Made by a program: the position numbers and the translations under genes. Source: Anthoceros angustus (lineage: Eukaryota; Plantae; Anthocerotophyta). From it: a stretch of 64,000 bases of DNA. The notes beneath the pieces were generated by a model. The model was not told the origin of the DNA and searched no databases. It saw only the letters and a list, made by a program, of their open reading frames with translations. Below, one piece after another: positions 25,163 to 37,163 of this stretch (the stretch's first letter is position 1; the number at the start of each line of letters is the position of its first letter). The DNA lies in assembly GCA_010909165.1 (NCBI GenBank), contig MU008197.1:62001-126000 (forward strand). Reading direction: 5' to 3'.

Positions 25163-26647
25163 CTACGAGAACTTGCAGTACAGGCAGAGGAGGACGACTA
25201 CTGGTAGCAGAGTTTGCCAGTGCAGTTCATCGGCCGCTATAATCTCAACAAAATTACCTGGAGGGGATAGTCCCAGACTTGGTGGCCTGTGATCGTCAAG
25301 AGGTGTGAAGGGTTGTTCTGCGAGCATTTCCAGCTTCTGGACAGGGAGTGCACCTTGCTCACCAGCCTGCGGTGGATCGGACCTGGGTTCGTGATGGACA
25401 TACACAACCTTCCCTGGATCTCGCCTTCCATGTAAGAACTTGGCGGCCTTGTCAGCGGAGAGACCCGACAGCGGACCCAGATGCCAAGTCAGGGGCTCCC
25501 TAGGTATTGCCTGCTCCCCCATAGCCTGCACGGCAGCTTCCGCAATCAACGGCCGCACATCTCGAACTTTGTGCCCAGATCCAGATGCTGCAGTTGGATG
25601 CACAGCATTGGTAAGCAGCGCTACAAACAAGTTTTGATCAGGATCCATCCACAGTGACGTGCCAGTGAAGCCAGTATGTCCAAAAGTTCGGGGCCCGAGG
25701 AACCGTCCTGCAGAAGTATAGCCATCAAAAGACCTGCGCACTGCCACATCCCAGCCGAGAGCAAAGGGGCGGGGATTGCGTGCTGTCTGGGGAGCTGGAG
25801 TGGTGAACAACCTCACAGTCTGCTCCTGGAAAAAGCGCCTGTTAGTGGGCAGGTCGATGCCTCCAGCCAGCATGAGCTGAGCAAACCGGCACACATCCAC
25901 GATGGAAGAAAAGAGGCCCGCATGCCCGGCCACACCTCCCAGCAGAAAAGCTGTAGGATCGTGAACTTCCCCCCAGAGAAGACGATTCCTGTGCAACAGA
26001 TCCACCTCCGTGGGAACCACAGAGGGATCGAAGTCGGAACAGTCTGTTGGCCGAAAATAAGTGTGCTTCAGGCCCAAGGGCTCGAAGAATTCCCTCGCAG
26101 CAAATTCGTCCAAGGAAAGCCCAGAAATCCGCTCCACAACCAAGCCGAGCACTATCATGGAGAGGTCACTGTACCGTGCAGTGCCCACCGCGTACCACAG
26201 CTTGTCGTTCATGATGTAGTCCAAAACCTGCTGTCTTGTGGTGAGGCCCATGCCGAAGAAGTCGTAAAATTCGCGCAATCCTGCAGTATGGGCAAGCAGT
26301 TGCCTCACGGTGACGCCTTCCTTGCCGTTGTTGCCGAACTCTGGAACGTACTGGCAAGCCCGAGCATCCAGCTTGAGCAAGCCCCTGTCATACAAGAGCA
26401 TGATGGAGGGAGTTGTGACCATCACCTTGGTGACAGAAGCCATGTCCCACACAGATTGCGGGGTCACTGCAATCGTGGACTCGTATGTCAAGGTCCCGTA
26501 TGCTCGATAGTAGACCGGCAGATTGCAGGACCCAAAACCCACAGCTCCTCCTGGAAATACACGATCCACGCTGGCCTTGTGCATGATGTCTGACACAGCA
26601 GGGTGCTGATCCGCGGGTGCCATCAAGCTCGCACATAAGGCTGCCAT
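25163..26647 (-). CDS. Beta-lactamase-family (class C/PBP-like) serine hydrolase, intronless CDS, hydrophobic C-terminal tail
   Basis: 494-aa ORF with catalytic SVTK, YSD, GEVHDP..GGVAGHAGLFS and GHTGFTGTSLW. In-frame TGA 9 nt upstream of the ATG. Ends LLPVVVLLCLYCKFS. Confidence 0.88.
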   Translation of the reverse strand: MAALCASLMAPADQHPAVSDIMHKASVDRVFPGGAVGFGSCNLPVYYRAYGTLTYESTIAVTPQSVWDMASVTKVMVTTPSIMLLYDRGLLKLDARACQYVPEFGNNGKEGVTVRQLLAHTAGLREFYDFFGMGLTTRQQVLDYIMNDKLWYAVGTARYSDLSMIVLGLVVERISGLSLDEFAAREFFEPLGLKHTYFRPTDCSDFDPSVVPTEVDLLHRNRLLWGEVHDPTAFLLGGVAGHAGLFSSIVDVCRFAQLMLAGGIDLPTNRRFFQEQTVRLFTTPAPQTARNPRPFALGWDVAVRRSFDGYTSAGRFLGPRTFGHTGFTGTSLWMDPDQNLFVALLTNAVHPTAASGSGHKVRDVRPLIAEAAVQAMGEQAIPREPLTWHLGPLSGLSADKAAKFLHGRRDPGKVVYVHHEPRSDPPQAGEQGALPVQKLEMLAEQPFTPLDDHRPPSLGLSPPGNFVEIIAADELHWQTLLPVVVLLCLYCKFS

Positions 26648-27677
26648 GTCATGTCAAGGCCATCGCCCACTTCTTGAGCTTGGCATCGTACGATTTCTCC
26701 GTCCTTCCATGATGCAGGATGTGCTCACATCACAGCTCCCTGGAAAAGCACAAGACAGTACAACACGTGAGACCCCACCTGGGGGTGGGGGAATTTCAAC
26801 ACACGAAACCAACGGCCAGTGCACACAATTTTGGTCCGCCTCGGCACCTTTTCAGAGCAAGCAGTCGACGCAAAGACTAAAGAAAGCGTGAACTACCAGG
26901 AGAACACGGATACCACAGGCATGTACCAGCACAAGAAAAAAATCACGTCAGTTCGAAAAGATCCTGCTTGCAATTCGGCCTTGCTAGAGAAAGGCGTCCA
27001 GCACTGGCGGCATCATCAGGACCCGGGGGGGCCTGGATCAGCCGTCCCAGGATGGGACCCATCAACGCAGGGGGAACCTTGGGTGACATGGACTTCGACT
27101 GACTCGGGGGGCTATGGGGCTGTGCCTCTCAGACTATCCGCCCAGCCCAGCCCAGGCATGGAAGACGGTCTTCCAACCGGCAAGATCATGCAGATCCCTT
27201 CTCCAGGTGGGTGCTGTGTGTCTGCTGTTACGAAGGAGTTGGGGGACAGGACAGCTAAACCAACACTCCAACCTCCAGACCGCGCAACAGCAGTGATAAG
27301 CCAAAAAGACTCGGTGTGTTAGGCACGGTGGCAAAGACACATGGCCTGCGATGTCCGCTAGTCTTGCTTTTCCACTAAAGTACAGCGCCCTGGCCACCTG
27401 CTAGTAGGAAGCGGCAAAGGAAGCAGCTCACGGAGAGAGAGAGGAAGCCACCAGACACGAGCCCGAAACGCAGCAATCCGCAGGCTCGGAACCCACCTCT
27501 GACTCCCGTGTGGCAGGCAGCTTTGACATTAATCACTCAGCAGATGTCATGCCACAAATCCGGCAAGGCAGAAGCGGCCAGGAAGATTAACCTGGGTGGG
27601 CACCCGCCTGACCCATGGGTTGGAGGACGGGTAACCTCCAGCCCCGCAGTCTGCAAGCAGCTCTCTGGGCATTGGCA

Positions 27678-30600
27678 ATGGCTTCCCTTCTAGCCTGTTT
27701 CACCACCCGCCTGTCGCTGCCCCTGCACTTGTCCGAGGCTCTCTCCTCGACCCATTCGCATCTTCCCTCTTCTTCCTCCGCCTCCTCGGCGTCGGCCCTC
27801 TCCTCACTGCACCTCCCGCTCTGCGTCTGCCCTGCTGCGCGCGGCCGGGGCCGGGGCCGGGCCCGGGTAAGACGAGGTCTTGCCATTTCCGGCATTAATT
27901 CCCACGGTAGAAATTTCCCGGCAGCGGCCTGTTCCGTCTGCGCGACACCCTTCGGCTGGCTCAGGGCTGCGTCTGGAGTCTGTGACGGCGGCAACACCCG
28001 GCTGCGCATTCCACCCTCCCGGGGGCGAAGGCGAGGCACGCAAGGTGGGCTCTTGGTGCCGTTTCTGGCTTGTTGGGCGATTTAGAGCTCTGGATTTCTC
28101 ACCATTGGAAATTGCAGGCGAATCGGAGGCTTCCCGGAGCTGGAGTGACAGAGGTCTCGCGAGTTTGCATCCGGGCCCGGGAGCCGCTAGGTGCATGGCT
28201 ACTGTGACTGAGGAGAGAGTGGAGAATCCACTTCTGGTGGCTGCACAATTCCCTCTTTTTGATAAAGTGGATGCCTCCCATGTGCTTCCTGGCATCCGAA
28301 CAATTTTGAAAGAGCTCGTAAGCATGCATTGTTTATTCGTCCTGGGGCATGGTCAATGGCAGTCTTTCAAGAGCGGGCTGCTCGGCAGTTATGTTGCATG
28401 AAGGTTCGAGGCAAAAGTGGGGTACCTGAAGCTGTGTGTCTCTGCAGGAGCAAGAGCTCTTGGACCTGGAGAAGAATGTCAAGCCCACATGGCCTGGACT
28501 GGTGGAGCCACTGGAGAAGATTGTGGACAGGCTTTCCGTGGCTTGGGGCACGGTCAGCCATCTGAAGGCAGTGAAAGATTCTCCAGAACTTCGGGCAGCT
28601 GTGGAGGAAGTGCAGGTGTGCTGTTTGGACTGGATATTTAGTACATCTTTTACTCAGTTATGTGTGTGACGCAAGTTGGGACTTATGTTCGACCATGTTT
28701 CTTGACACTCGTGTTTTGGGATGTTTCAGCCTGAAAGGGTTGCCTTGACTCTGAGGCTTGGTCAAAGCCGTCCAATCTATGAGGCTTTTACGGCCATTCA
28801 TGAAGGAGTGCATTGGGAATCGCTAACAGAAGCTCAACAACGCATTGTTGAAGGTAATGAAGCCTAGATGCTAGGTGAGTCTGTGTTTTTGGTTTTTGTG
28901 GATACAATTGTGTACGGCAGACATGTAGTAACAATGTTGGTTTTTCACTTGATGAGTAGCTGAGTTGAAGGAGGCTAGCCTTAATGGTGTGGGTCTGGAA
29001 GGAGAGGGGAAGACACGTTTCAATGAGATCCAGCAGGTGGCTCCTTCATTCTCGAACTCTTATGAACTAATGGAGAGCACTGATGACCATAGAGAACTAA
29101 TTATCTTACTAAGCCATGCCGTTCTTGTGCAGGAGCTTGAACAATTGTCAACTAAGTTTAGTGAGCATGTTTTGGATGCCACCAAAAAGTACGAGAAGCT
29201 CATTTCGGATCCTGCTGAAATTGATGGGTTGCCACCATCTGCCCTTGGCTTGGCTGCACAAACAGCGGCTTCTAAGGTGGACTATCGCTTTTAGATGCTG
29301 CCTGTGTGGGATTCCCTGTCAATGTCCAGTGTTGGAGATTGTATTGATGGTGAAATTCGTCCGTGGCTGAAATGCTCTCACAACAGGGTCATGAAGGTGC
29401 TACGGCTGAGAAGGGGCCATGGATGATTACTTTGGATGCACCCAGCTACATGCCAGTCATGCAGCATGCACGCAATAGAGCCCTGAGAGAGGAAGTGTAT
29501 CGAGCTTACTTGACTCGAGCCTCAAGTGGAGAACTGGACAACACTCCCATCATAAATAGAATTTTGGAACTTCGGCTGGAAAAGGCGAATCTCTTAGGCT
29601 ATGAAAATCATGCTGAGGTGAGCAATCAGTGACTGGGGCATGAATGCGCAAGGATTCTGTCTATTTAGTAATAGTGCAAACGATAACCAATCTAGATGTC
29701 CCCATTGATTGCATGTTCAGGTAAGCATGGCCTTGAAGATGGCAACATTGCGTAGAGCTCAAGAGCTTCTGGAGCAGCTGCGTGGCACATCTTGGGATGC
29801 CGCAGTTAAAGGTAGTGTACGACATGCTGTCGTTGGTCCCCGCAGTCTAAGCCACTTTCATGTGTTCATGAATGTGTTTAGCACCTTGAGAATTTAGTGC
29901 AAAGTGCATGTTGCAGATTTGGAGGATCTGAAAGCTTTTGCCAAAGAGCAAGGCGCGCCTGAGGGAGATGATATGAGGCACTGGGATGTCACCTTTTGGA
30001 GTGAAAGACTTCGGGAAGCCAAGTTTAGCATCAATGAGGTGGGCAAAGCGATTGCAGCTATTTTGCAAGCCAGCTAGGTGATGGAAGTTTCACAATGTTG
30101 ATACGAAGATTTTTGTTTGGGTTTCCAATTGCAGGAGGAGTTAAGACCTTTCTTTTCACTACCAAGGGTAATGGATGGTCTTTTTAGCCTTGCTAAGATG
30201 CTGTTCGGAGTAGAGATTGAAGCCGCTGATGGACTGGCACCTGTAAGCTTGCACACAATCGACTTTCTCATTTTTGATCTGCTCGTGTATTTTGAATTCA
30301 CTGGGTGGTCACGCTTTACCAGATCTTTGCTAGTTTCTCACTGTTTTAGCATTTTTCCAGATTTGGCACAAAGATGTCCAGTTCTTTAAGGTGAAGGACC
30401 TAGCCGGGGAGCCTTTGGCATACTTTTACTTTGATCCATACTCCAGGCCGTCTGAGAAAAGGGGAGGTGCTTGGATGGATGAAGTGCTTGGGCGCAGTCG
30501 TCTGTTGGCACCCAATGGCAGTCGTGTTCGTCTACCTGTTGCACACATGGTGTGCAATCAGACTCCACCTGTTGGTGATCAGCCAAGCCTAATGACCTTC

Positions 30601-32000
30601 CGTGAGGTAAGCATCAACATAGTATGGTAATGACTGAGTGGAGGACAATGACGTTGTTCCTGTGCACCCATACTGATTTGTAAACTTGGGTTCAGGTCGA
30701 GACTGTGTTCCACGAGTTTGGTCATGCCTTGCAGCATATGTTAACGAGGCAAGATGAGGGATTGGTTGCTGGCATCCGTGGTGTCGAATGGGATGCTGTT
30801 GAGCTTCCGTCACAGTTTATGGAAAACTGGTGCTACCATCGGTATGTTTCTCACCACCAGAATGCCAAAGATGATTTTAGAAGTAATGACCTCATTGTGG
30901 CCAAGCGGTTAAAATTCAGGTACTGAAAACCTCTATTGCTTATGCTAGGGGCACACTGTTGGGCATAGCCAAGCACTTCAAGACTGGAGAAACTTTGTCA
31001 GAGGATATTTATTCTAAGTTATTGGCAGCAAGAACTTTTCGAGCTGCATCCATGATGTTGCGTCAGGTATGACCATTATCCTGTATGGAACCAAAAAAGG
31101 TATTTGGTCCCCACCATTTAGAAAACTTTGCCCATGGGAAACAAGTTTCTGATTATGTCCATCGGTTTAACAGATTCATTTTGCCCTTGTGGACTTGGAG
31201 CTGCACTCAAATTTCATACCCAATGGCCCAGAGACAATTTTCGATGTAGATAGGAGGATAGCTCAAAAGACACAGGTGTTGCAACCACTACCAGAAGACA
31301 GGTTCCTCTGTGGGTTCAGCCACATCTTTGCAGGTAACATGTCCTGTCCTAGCATGTATTTGTTGATACTCTTGTTCGGAGTTGTGAGTTAACTTGCCGT
31401 CTTATTGCAGGAGGATACTCAGCTGGCTACTACAGCTATAAGGTTGGAAAATTGCTGCTTTCTGAGTCTCATTGCATAGTCATGTGTACGTCCTCTTATG
31501 TTTCTTACAACGGAGTGGACTGATGATGGTGTTCATATGTAGTGGGCGGAAGTACTGTCAGCAGATGCATTTTCAGCCTTTGAGGAAGCTGGCCTTGACA
31601 ATGAGGAGGTGCTTTCCCACAGCCTAGTATCCATTTCAAAATTATCTGAAAGTTGTCTGTCGGGTCAAGAAAGGTCCCTTCAGACAAGCGTGTAATGCCT
31701 GGGTTGTGTTTCTTGCTGTACAGGCTGTGAAAGAAACTGGCAAACGATTCAGAGAAACCGTCCTTGGACTAGGAGGAGGCCGTCCCCCCCTGGAGGTAGG
31801 ATTGTTGCACTCTACTGTTACTTTGCGTAAGCGTTGTTCTTGTAGCTTTCAGTTGATGCATCTGAGCCAGCTTTGCAATTGTTGGGTGGATCTGATAGCT
31901 TGTGTTCATCTTCGCGCAGGTCTTCATTGATTTCCGAGGGAGAGAGCCATCAACTGACGCCCTGCTCCGCCACAGTGGCCTGCTCACAGCAGCTGCGTAG
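27678..32000 (+). CDS. OOP: Oligopeptidase A (M3 family; organellar oligopeptidase-like), multi-exon
   Basis: [88 protein letters not shown] at 31998-32000. The start at 27678 (Ser-rich transit-like) is tentative. Confidence 0.9.
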
Positions 32001-32359
32001 GCAGCCAGTACCGTAGAACTTACAGGCCTAGGCGTGAGGGATGTCTCAGTGTTCAACCTTTGGCTCCTTCGGAGAAATCAGCGGTTTTGATCTCCGAAAG
32101 GGAAGAGATTCCAGTTTTCGTCTGTAAAAAGTTAGCCACAGAGCCTGTAGGAGTATCTTTCACTTTGATGAGCTCCCTTTAGAAGGGTCCTTTCGGGAGT
32201 CCCCAAGGGAAGAGCCAACAAGGAGAACACACTCTTACGTCAACGCGGTTTATTTTCCTATCCTATTATATCCCCAATTGTAGGTCTGGCTACGCCTGAG
32301 ATATGACAATCCACAACGCTTTTCTTGATAAACATTTCCGAGTGTGCACCATGCATGCC

Positions 32360-34420
32360 TGGGGGAGCCATGTGCCACAGCAAAGAGAGCTTCCCCCAAT
32401 AGATCCCCTGCCTGGTTCCCGTTGCGGAGTCAAGTACGGTGACCCTCTCCAGTTGTGGAGTCGAGCACGTCAAGCACGATGACCCCCTCCAGTTGCGGAG
32501 TCGAGCACGGTGACCCCTCCAGTTGCGGAGTCAAGCACGGTGACCCCCTCCACCGAGGGGCCGTGCTGATAATATAGGTTAGCCGTTGCAGAGTCAAGCA
32601 CGGTGACCCCCTCCACCGAGAGGCCGTGCTAATAATATAGCCGTGCTGATAATATAGGTTAGACGGGAACAATAGAAAGAGCAAACAAAAGGAGTAAGAC
32701 TTGCCAGTTGCCCGCCCGCGTCTTTAAGCTTTTGGAAGATGGCCACCCTGGATACAATGTTGAAAGCGTTCTCAACATCGACCTGAAGGGCAACCCAATC
32801 CGGATGTAACTGGAGAACCATATCGACTCCAAAACTCACCGTCTCGCAACCCCCTAGGGTAGCGATGCCAAATTGATGGGGGCCAAGATGAGCTGAGAAT
32901 TGCTCCCTGAGCTGGAGGGCAACGTTTGCTGCGGCTAATAAAACGTAGGAACGCCCCTCCCACGGCGATGGGGCGCACCCCTAGTCTAGGCTTCTCCATA
33001 GCTAAAAGCGTGCTGGCCCCAACACCCGTGAAATCCGATGGGGGGTCTCACCCCGCACCACAGTCGCCGTCAGGTGAACGAGCTCCGAAAAACTACTAGA
33101 AGGATCCTCATGATAGAAGTAGTCACGGAGGTGATCATAGATGCCCAAAGTCCCCAATGGAGAGCCGAGGGGGTTGTTAGAGCGTGACCAAAACAACCTG
33201 CTGCATAAAAGGGCTCTCACCACAAACCCAAGATATCCGTAGGATGGGGACATCTGGAGCGGTGAAGGGCCCAAAAGCACCAACAATCCGAGGCATCGGC
33301 TCGGCGGCAGACGACCAAGCTAGAAGCACTTTTTGAGATGCGCCTTCACGGAGTCTTAACAAACCTTATCAAGCTTAGCCAACTCCAATCTCGATCGAGC
33401 AAAGACAAATGGCCGTCCTCTTCAAGAGCTTGCAGGTCCGGCCCGAAAATGGCGGAGCCGGGAGGCAACCTCCATGTTACCCGACCCTACCTCTAGAGCG
33501 ACGAGACACCACCGAGGAAGAAAAGGAGCAAAGTCCAAGCTACTTCATCTCGGGAGTTTTATGTGAGGCGCCTAAGGGAAGCCTCAGAGGTTGCTGACAT
33601 CGCCTTGCGATGGGGGTCTCACCCCGCACTACGCCGTCGGTGAACGAGCTCAAAACTACTAGAAGGATCCTCATGATAGAAGTAGTCACGAGGTGATCAT
33701 AGATGGGTTCGTCCCCAATGGAGAGCCGAGGGGGTTGTTAGGCGTGACCAAAAACAACCCTGTCCAGACAAAAGGGCTCCTCAGCCACAAACTCCAAGAT
33801 ATCCGGTAGGATGGGGACATCTGGAGCAGGGTGAAGGGCCCGAAAAGCACCAACAATCCGAGGCATCGGCTCTGGCCGAAGCAGGACGACCAAGCTAGAA
33901 GCACTTTTTGAGATGCGCCTTCACGGAGTCTTAACAAACCTTATCAAGCTTAGCCAACTCCAATCTCGATCGAGCAGCACAGCCGTCCTCTTCCTGAAGA
34001 GCTTGCCAGTCCCCGGCCCGAAAATGGCGGAGCTGGGAGGCAACCTCCATGTTACCTGAATTCCTACCTCTAGAGCGACGTAGACACCACCGAGGAAGAA
34101 AAAGGAGCAAAGTCCAAGCTACTTCATCTCGGGAGTTTTATGTGAGGCGCTCTAAGGGAAGCCTGTAGGCCAAGCGGACATCGTCTTGCAGTCGATGGGG
34201 GAGACGCCGAAAAAGGTGGGGTCCCGAGAGACGCGTGTCACAAAGAGCCAAAAGATGATTAGACTGCGCCCGCAACCACTGCCAAGACTCTGGCGGAGAC
34301 TCCAGGGGAGCAACCGGACATGAGGAGGAAGGGGCAACAACGCCGGAAGATGTAGCCCTCACCTGAGCCTCCCATGCATTTCGGTCAAAGTCCTTGTGCA
34401 TCAAGCCCATGTGTCTCTTT
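32360..34420 (-). mobile_element. Degenerate CRE-like non-LTR retrotransposon RT remnant with internal duplications
   Basis: Frameshifted peptides KPRLGVRPIAVGG, HQFGIATLGGCETVSFG, HPDWVALQVDVENAFNIVSR, DSATGTRQG(D)LLGEALFAVAH; no YADD visible. About 572-bp duplication (33036-33607 / 33608-34190) and 30-bp stutter repeats at 32430-32660. Confidence 0.7.
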
Positions 34421-34607
34421 GCACCAATAATACCCTCAAATAAAATTCCGCAAACGGGGCAAGGAGTGTCCCAGAAGCGGAAGAAGAAGGCCCCATGGAA
34501 AAAAATAATATGAAAGAACCTTGACCAAAACTAGGGTGCTCCATTCTCTGATTTGTTCATCAAATATAGCTGGTATTTGTCCCTGAACCTGGAAGATCAG
34601 TTGCCAT

Positions 34608-34810
34608 AAAACCCTAAACCTGTGGAACCTTACATTTGTGAAACCCTAAACCTAGAAGATTAGCTGCTGCAAAACCCTAAACCTATAAAACCCTAAACTT
34701 GTGAAACCCTAAACCTATGGAATCCTAAATTTGTGAAGCCCTAAACCTAGAAGATCAGCTGCCGCAAAACCCTAAACCTGTAAAACCCGAAACTTATGAA
34801 ACCCTAAATC
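34608..34810 (+). repeat. Cluster of telomere-like/telo-box motifs (AAACCCTAAA)
   Basis: About 10 exact or near copies of aaaccctaaa(cc) separated by short variable spacers. Confidence 0.8.
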
Positions 34811-35210
34811 TGGAACCCGGCACACCGCCGGCCCCGCCACCATGACCTACCAGACCCTGCTATTGAACATGACATGGAAGACTTGATAATCAAGATGAGA
34901 AAAAATAGACCATAGGAAGTGGAGAGAGTATGGCCACATTGTATCCCAAGCATTACCAAGTATTACCAAACTTCTAAACTTTTACTTCAATCTTTTTATG
35001 CATATGCACCCATATCCTAGGATTTATGACCCGACAATATTACGTGGATGTGCCATCGCTCCCTGAACATACATAGGTAATCCACGCATGGATACCGCTG
35101 GTTTTCTCGCAGCCTCCACGCATGGATACCGCTGGTTTTCGCTCAAGGCTACGAGAGAACCACAGGTTGGTTAATATAAAGCCGATAATGTGGCGGAGGT
35201 GAAGACCAGG

Positions 35211-37163
35211 ATGGAGGCGGCGGCGGAGGGACTGTGGGTCCTGGCAGAGAGCCATGAGCAGAGAGGCAACATCGGGCAGGCTATCAAATGTCTGGAAGCA
35301 GTGTGTCAATGCCACCCTGCCTTCCTGCCGCTGACAGAGGTGAAGAGCAGGGTTCGGGTGGCGGGCCTCCTGCTGCAGCACACCACCAATGTGGCGCAAG
35401 CCAGGTATCACTTGGAGCGTGCTCAATTGCTCCTCAAGCAGATCCCCGCCTGCTTTGAGCTGAAATGCCGGGCCCTGAGCTTGCTCACCCGCTGTTACCG
35501 CCTTGCTGGAGCCTACGGGCCGCAGAAGCAAACCCTGAAGAAGGGGCTGGAGTTGGCTCTGAGCGAGGAGGGCCAGCTGCCGTTACGCTGGGCATGCAAC
35601 TTCAGCCTGCAGATGGCGTCAGCTTTGGCGGAGGCAGGAGAATTTGCTAGCGCCTTGCAGTCCTTGGAGTCCGGCCTGCAGTGTGCTGGCAGGGCACAGC
35701 AGCCGGAATTGGGGTTGGTGTTTGCAGCCTCCATCGTGCATGTGCGGCTCATGGACGGGCAAGAGAGGCCCGCTGTGGAGGAGGCCCTCACTGCATGCGA
35801 CGATTTGTGGACCCAGATACCTGACATGGAGAAGAAAGCACACTCGTGGCTTTGGATGTACAAGGAGCTGCTTTACGCTTTCCACTTGTTGCGGATTTGC
35901 GAGTACAAAGATGCAACGGCACGGGTGGCAGGTTTGGAGACTGCTGTCAAGGAGATGGCTCCTGAAGAGCAGGAGGATGCGGATATGAAGTGGCGGTTGA
36001 AGCAGGAATTGCAAGCTGTGCAGGAGGAGTTGGCGCAGTCCTATTACCCGCATGCCAGGAAGGTGGAGCTGCTTGAACGTCACCAGCGTTTGCAGGTGCA
36101 GCTGGGTGTCGTTACTCAGAGGCATGCCAACCAGTCGCCCGAGTGGCTGCCTAGAGGAATGGTGCGAGCTTTGGTGGACCTCATGTCATTGGTCTGCCTT
36201 CGGCCGAAGGGTGCATTCAAGGAGTGTTTGGGCCTTTTCGAGTCTGGCTTGACTCTGGTGGAGAAGGAGTTGGTGAAACTTGGGATTGTGAACGACGAAG
36301 TGACAGAGGGTGATCTGCAGCCTTGTTCTGTCTACGTGGCGGGGGTTGGCCTCATGGTGTGGATGCAGCTTGTCGAGAACAAGATTATCATTGATTTAAC
36401 TCGTGCAGATTTCGTTGCAGCTCAAGAGGCTTTAGTCAGGCTGGTGCAGTGCTGGAGTCGTTTTCCTGTGGTCCTTCAGACGTACGAGTGCACGATACAC
36501 ATGCTTTTAGGTCAGTATGCGCATGCTGTTGGCTGTCCGCGAGATGCTGCTGCTCATTTCACCAGAGCCTCAAGGTTGGCCGCGGACAGGAATGGTCAGC
36601 AGGCTATGTGTCAACTGTATGCAACTCTTTCCCACCTGTGTGTGGGGGACCCGGACCACACATCGCAGGCTTTTGATCTTCTGGGGCCATTGAGTCAAGA
36701 TGTGGAGTCCAACTTAGGAGTACGAGAGAGAACATTGCTGCTCTTTCTGACAGGCGTGCTGCAGATGAGCCAACAGAATGGACAAGAAGCTCGAGTGCGG
36801 TTAGCTGTCGGGCTTAAACTAACTTATAGACATCTAGGAAACCAACAGCTTGTTTCACAGTATCTCACCGTGCTTGGTTCTATTGCTCTGTCCATGCACG
36901 ACATGGACGGGGCAGAAAAAATACTGATGTCCTCTCTAACCCTAGCCAAGGCTCTCTTTGATCTGCCAGCCCAAATTGCCATCATGGATCAGTTCAACCT
37001 CTTGTTTCAGGAACTTGGGGACAGTGTCAGGCAGCATGAGAACATGGAGGCTCAAGAGCAGAAAAGGCAGCAGTTTCTAGATAGGATAGGTATGGCGAAG
37101 GCTTCTGAACATCACGTTCATCTTCTGAGGCATGGTCTTGAGATACATGAGGAACTTCCGTAA
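35211..37163 (+). CDS. SCC4: Cohesin loader subunit SCC4/MAU2, single exon
   Basis: MEAAAEGLWVLAE...AIKCLEA...LPLTEVKSRVRVA..LL...NV..AR.HLERAQLLLKQIP.CFELKCRA.SLL; GNQQLVSQYLTVLGS. First ATG at 35211 (the ORF track starts at a GTG). Confidence 0.92.
   Translation: MEAAAEGLWVLAESHEQRGNIGQAIKCLEAVCQCHPAFLPLTEVKSRVRVAGLLLQHTTNVAQARYHLERAQLLLKQIPACFELKCRALSLLTRCYRLAGAYGPQKQTLKKGLELALSEEGQLPLRWACNFSLQMASALAEAGEFASALQSLESGLQCAGRAQQPELGLVFAASIVHVRLMDGQERPAVEEALTACDDLWTQIPDMEKKAHSWLWMYKELLYAFHLLRICEYKDATARVAGLETAVKEMAPEEQEDADMKWRLKQELQAVQEELAQSYYPHARKVELLERHQRLQVQLGVVTQRHANQSPEWLPRGMVRALVDLMSLVCLRPKGAFKECLGLFESGLTLVEKELVKLGIVNDEVTEGDLQPCSVYVAGVGLMVWMQLVENKIIIDLTRADFVAAQEALVRLVQCWSRFPVVLQTYECTIHMLLGQYAHAVGCPRDAAAHFTRASRLAADRNGQQAMCQLYATLSHLCVGDPDHTSQAFDLLGPLSQDVESNLGVRERTLLLFLTGVLQMSQQNGQEARVRLAVGLKLTYRHLGNQQLVSQYLTVLGSIALSMHDMDGAEKILMSSLTLAKALFDLPAQIAIMDQFNLLFQELGDSVRQHENMEAQEQKRQQFLDRIGMAKASEHHVHLLRHGLEIHEELP

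Noticed and set aside
25676-26593. 305-aa plus-strand ORF
   Set aside because: Antisense shadow of the serine hydrolase; no motifs.
25163-26647. Bacterial contamination as the source of the hydrolase
   Set aside because: It is embedded between spliced plant genes with a plausible UTR intron; a misjoin still needs a read check.
32060-32105. Bulged hairpin after the oligopeptidase stop
   Set aside because: Short (about 13 bp) with bulges; compatible with chance 3'-UTR structure.
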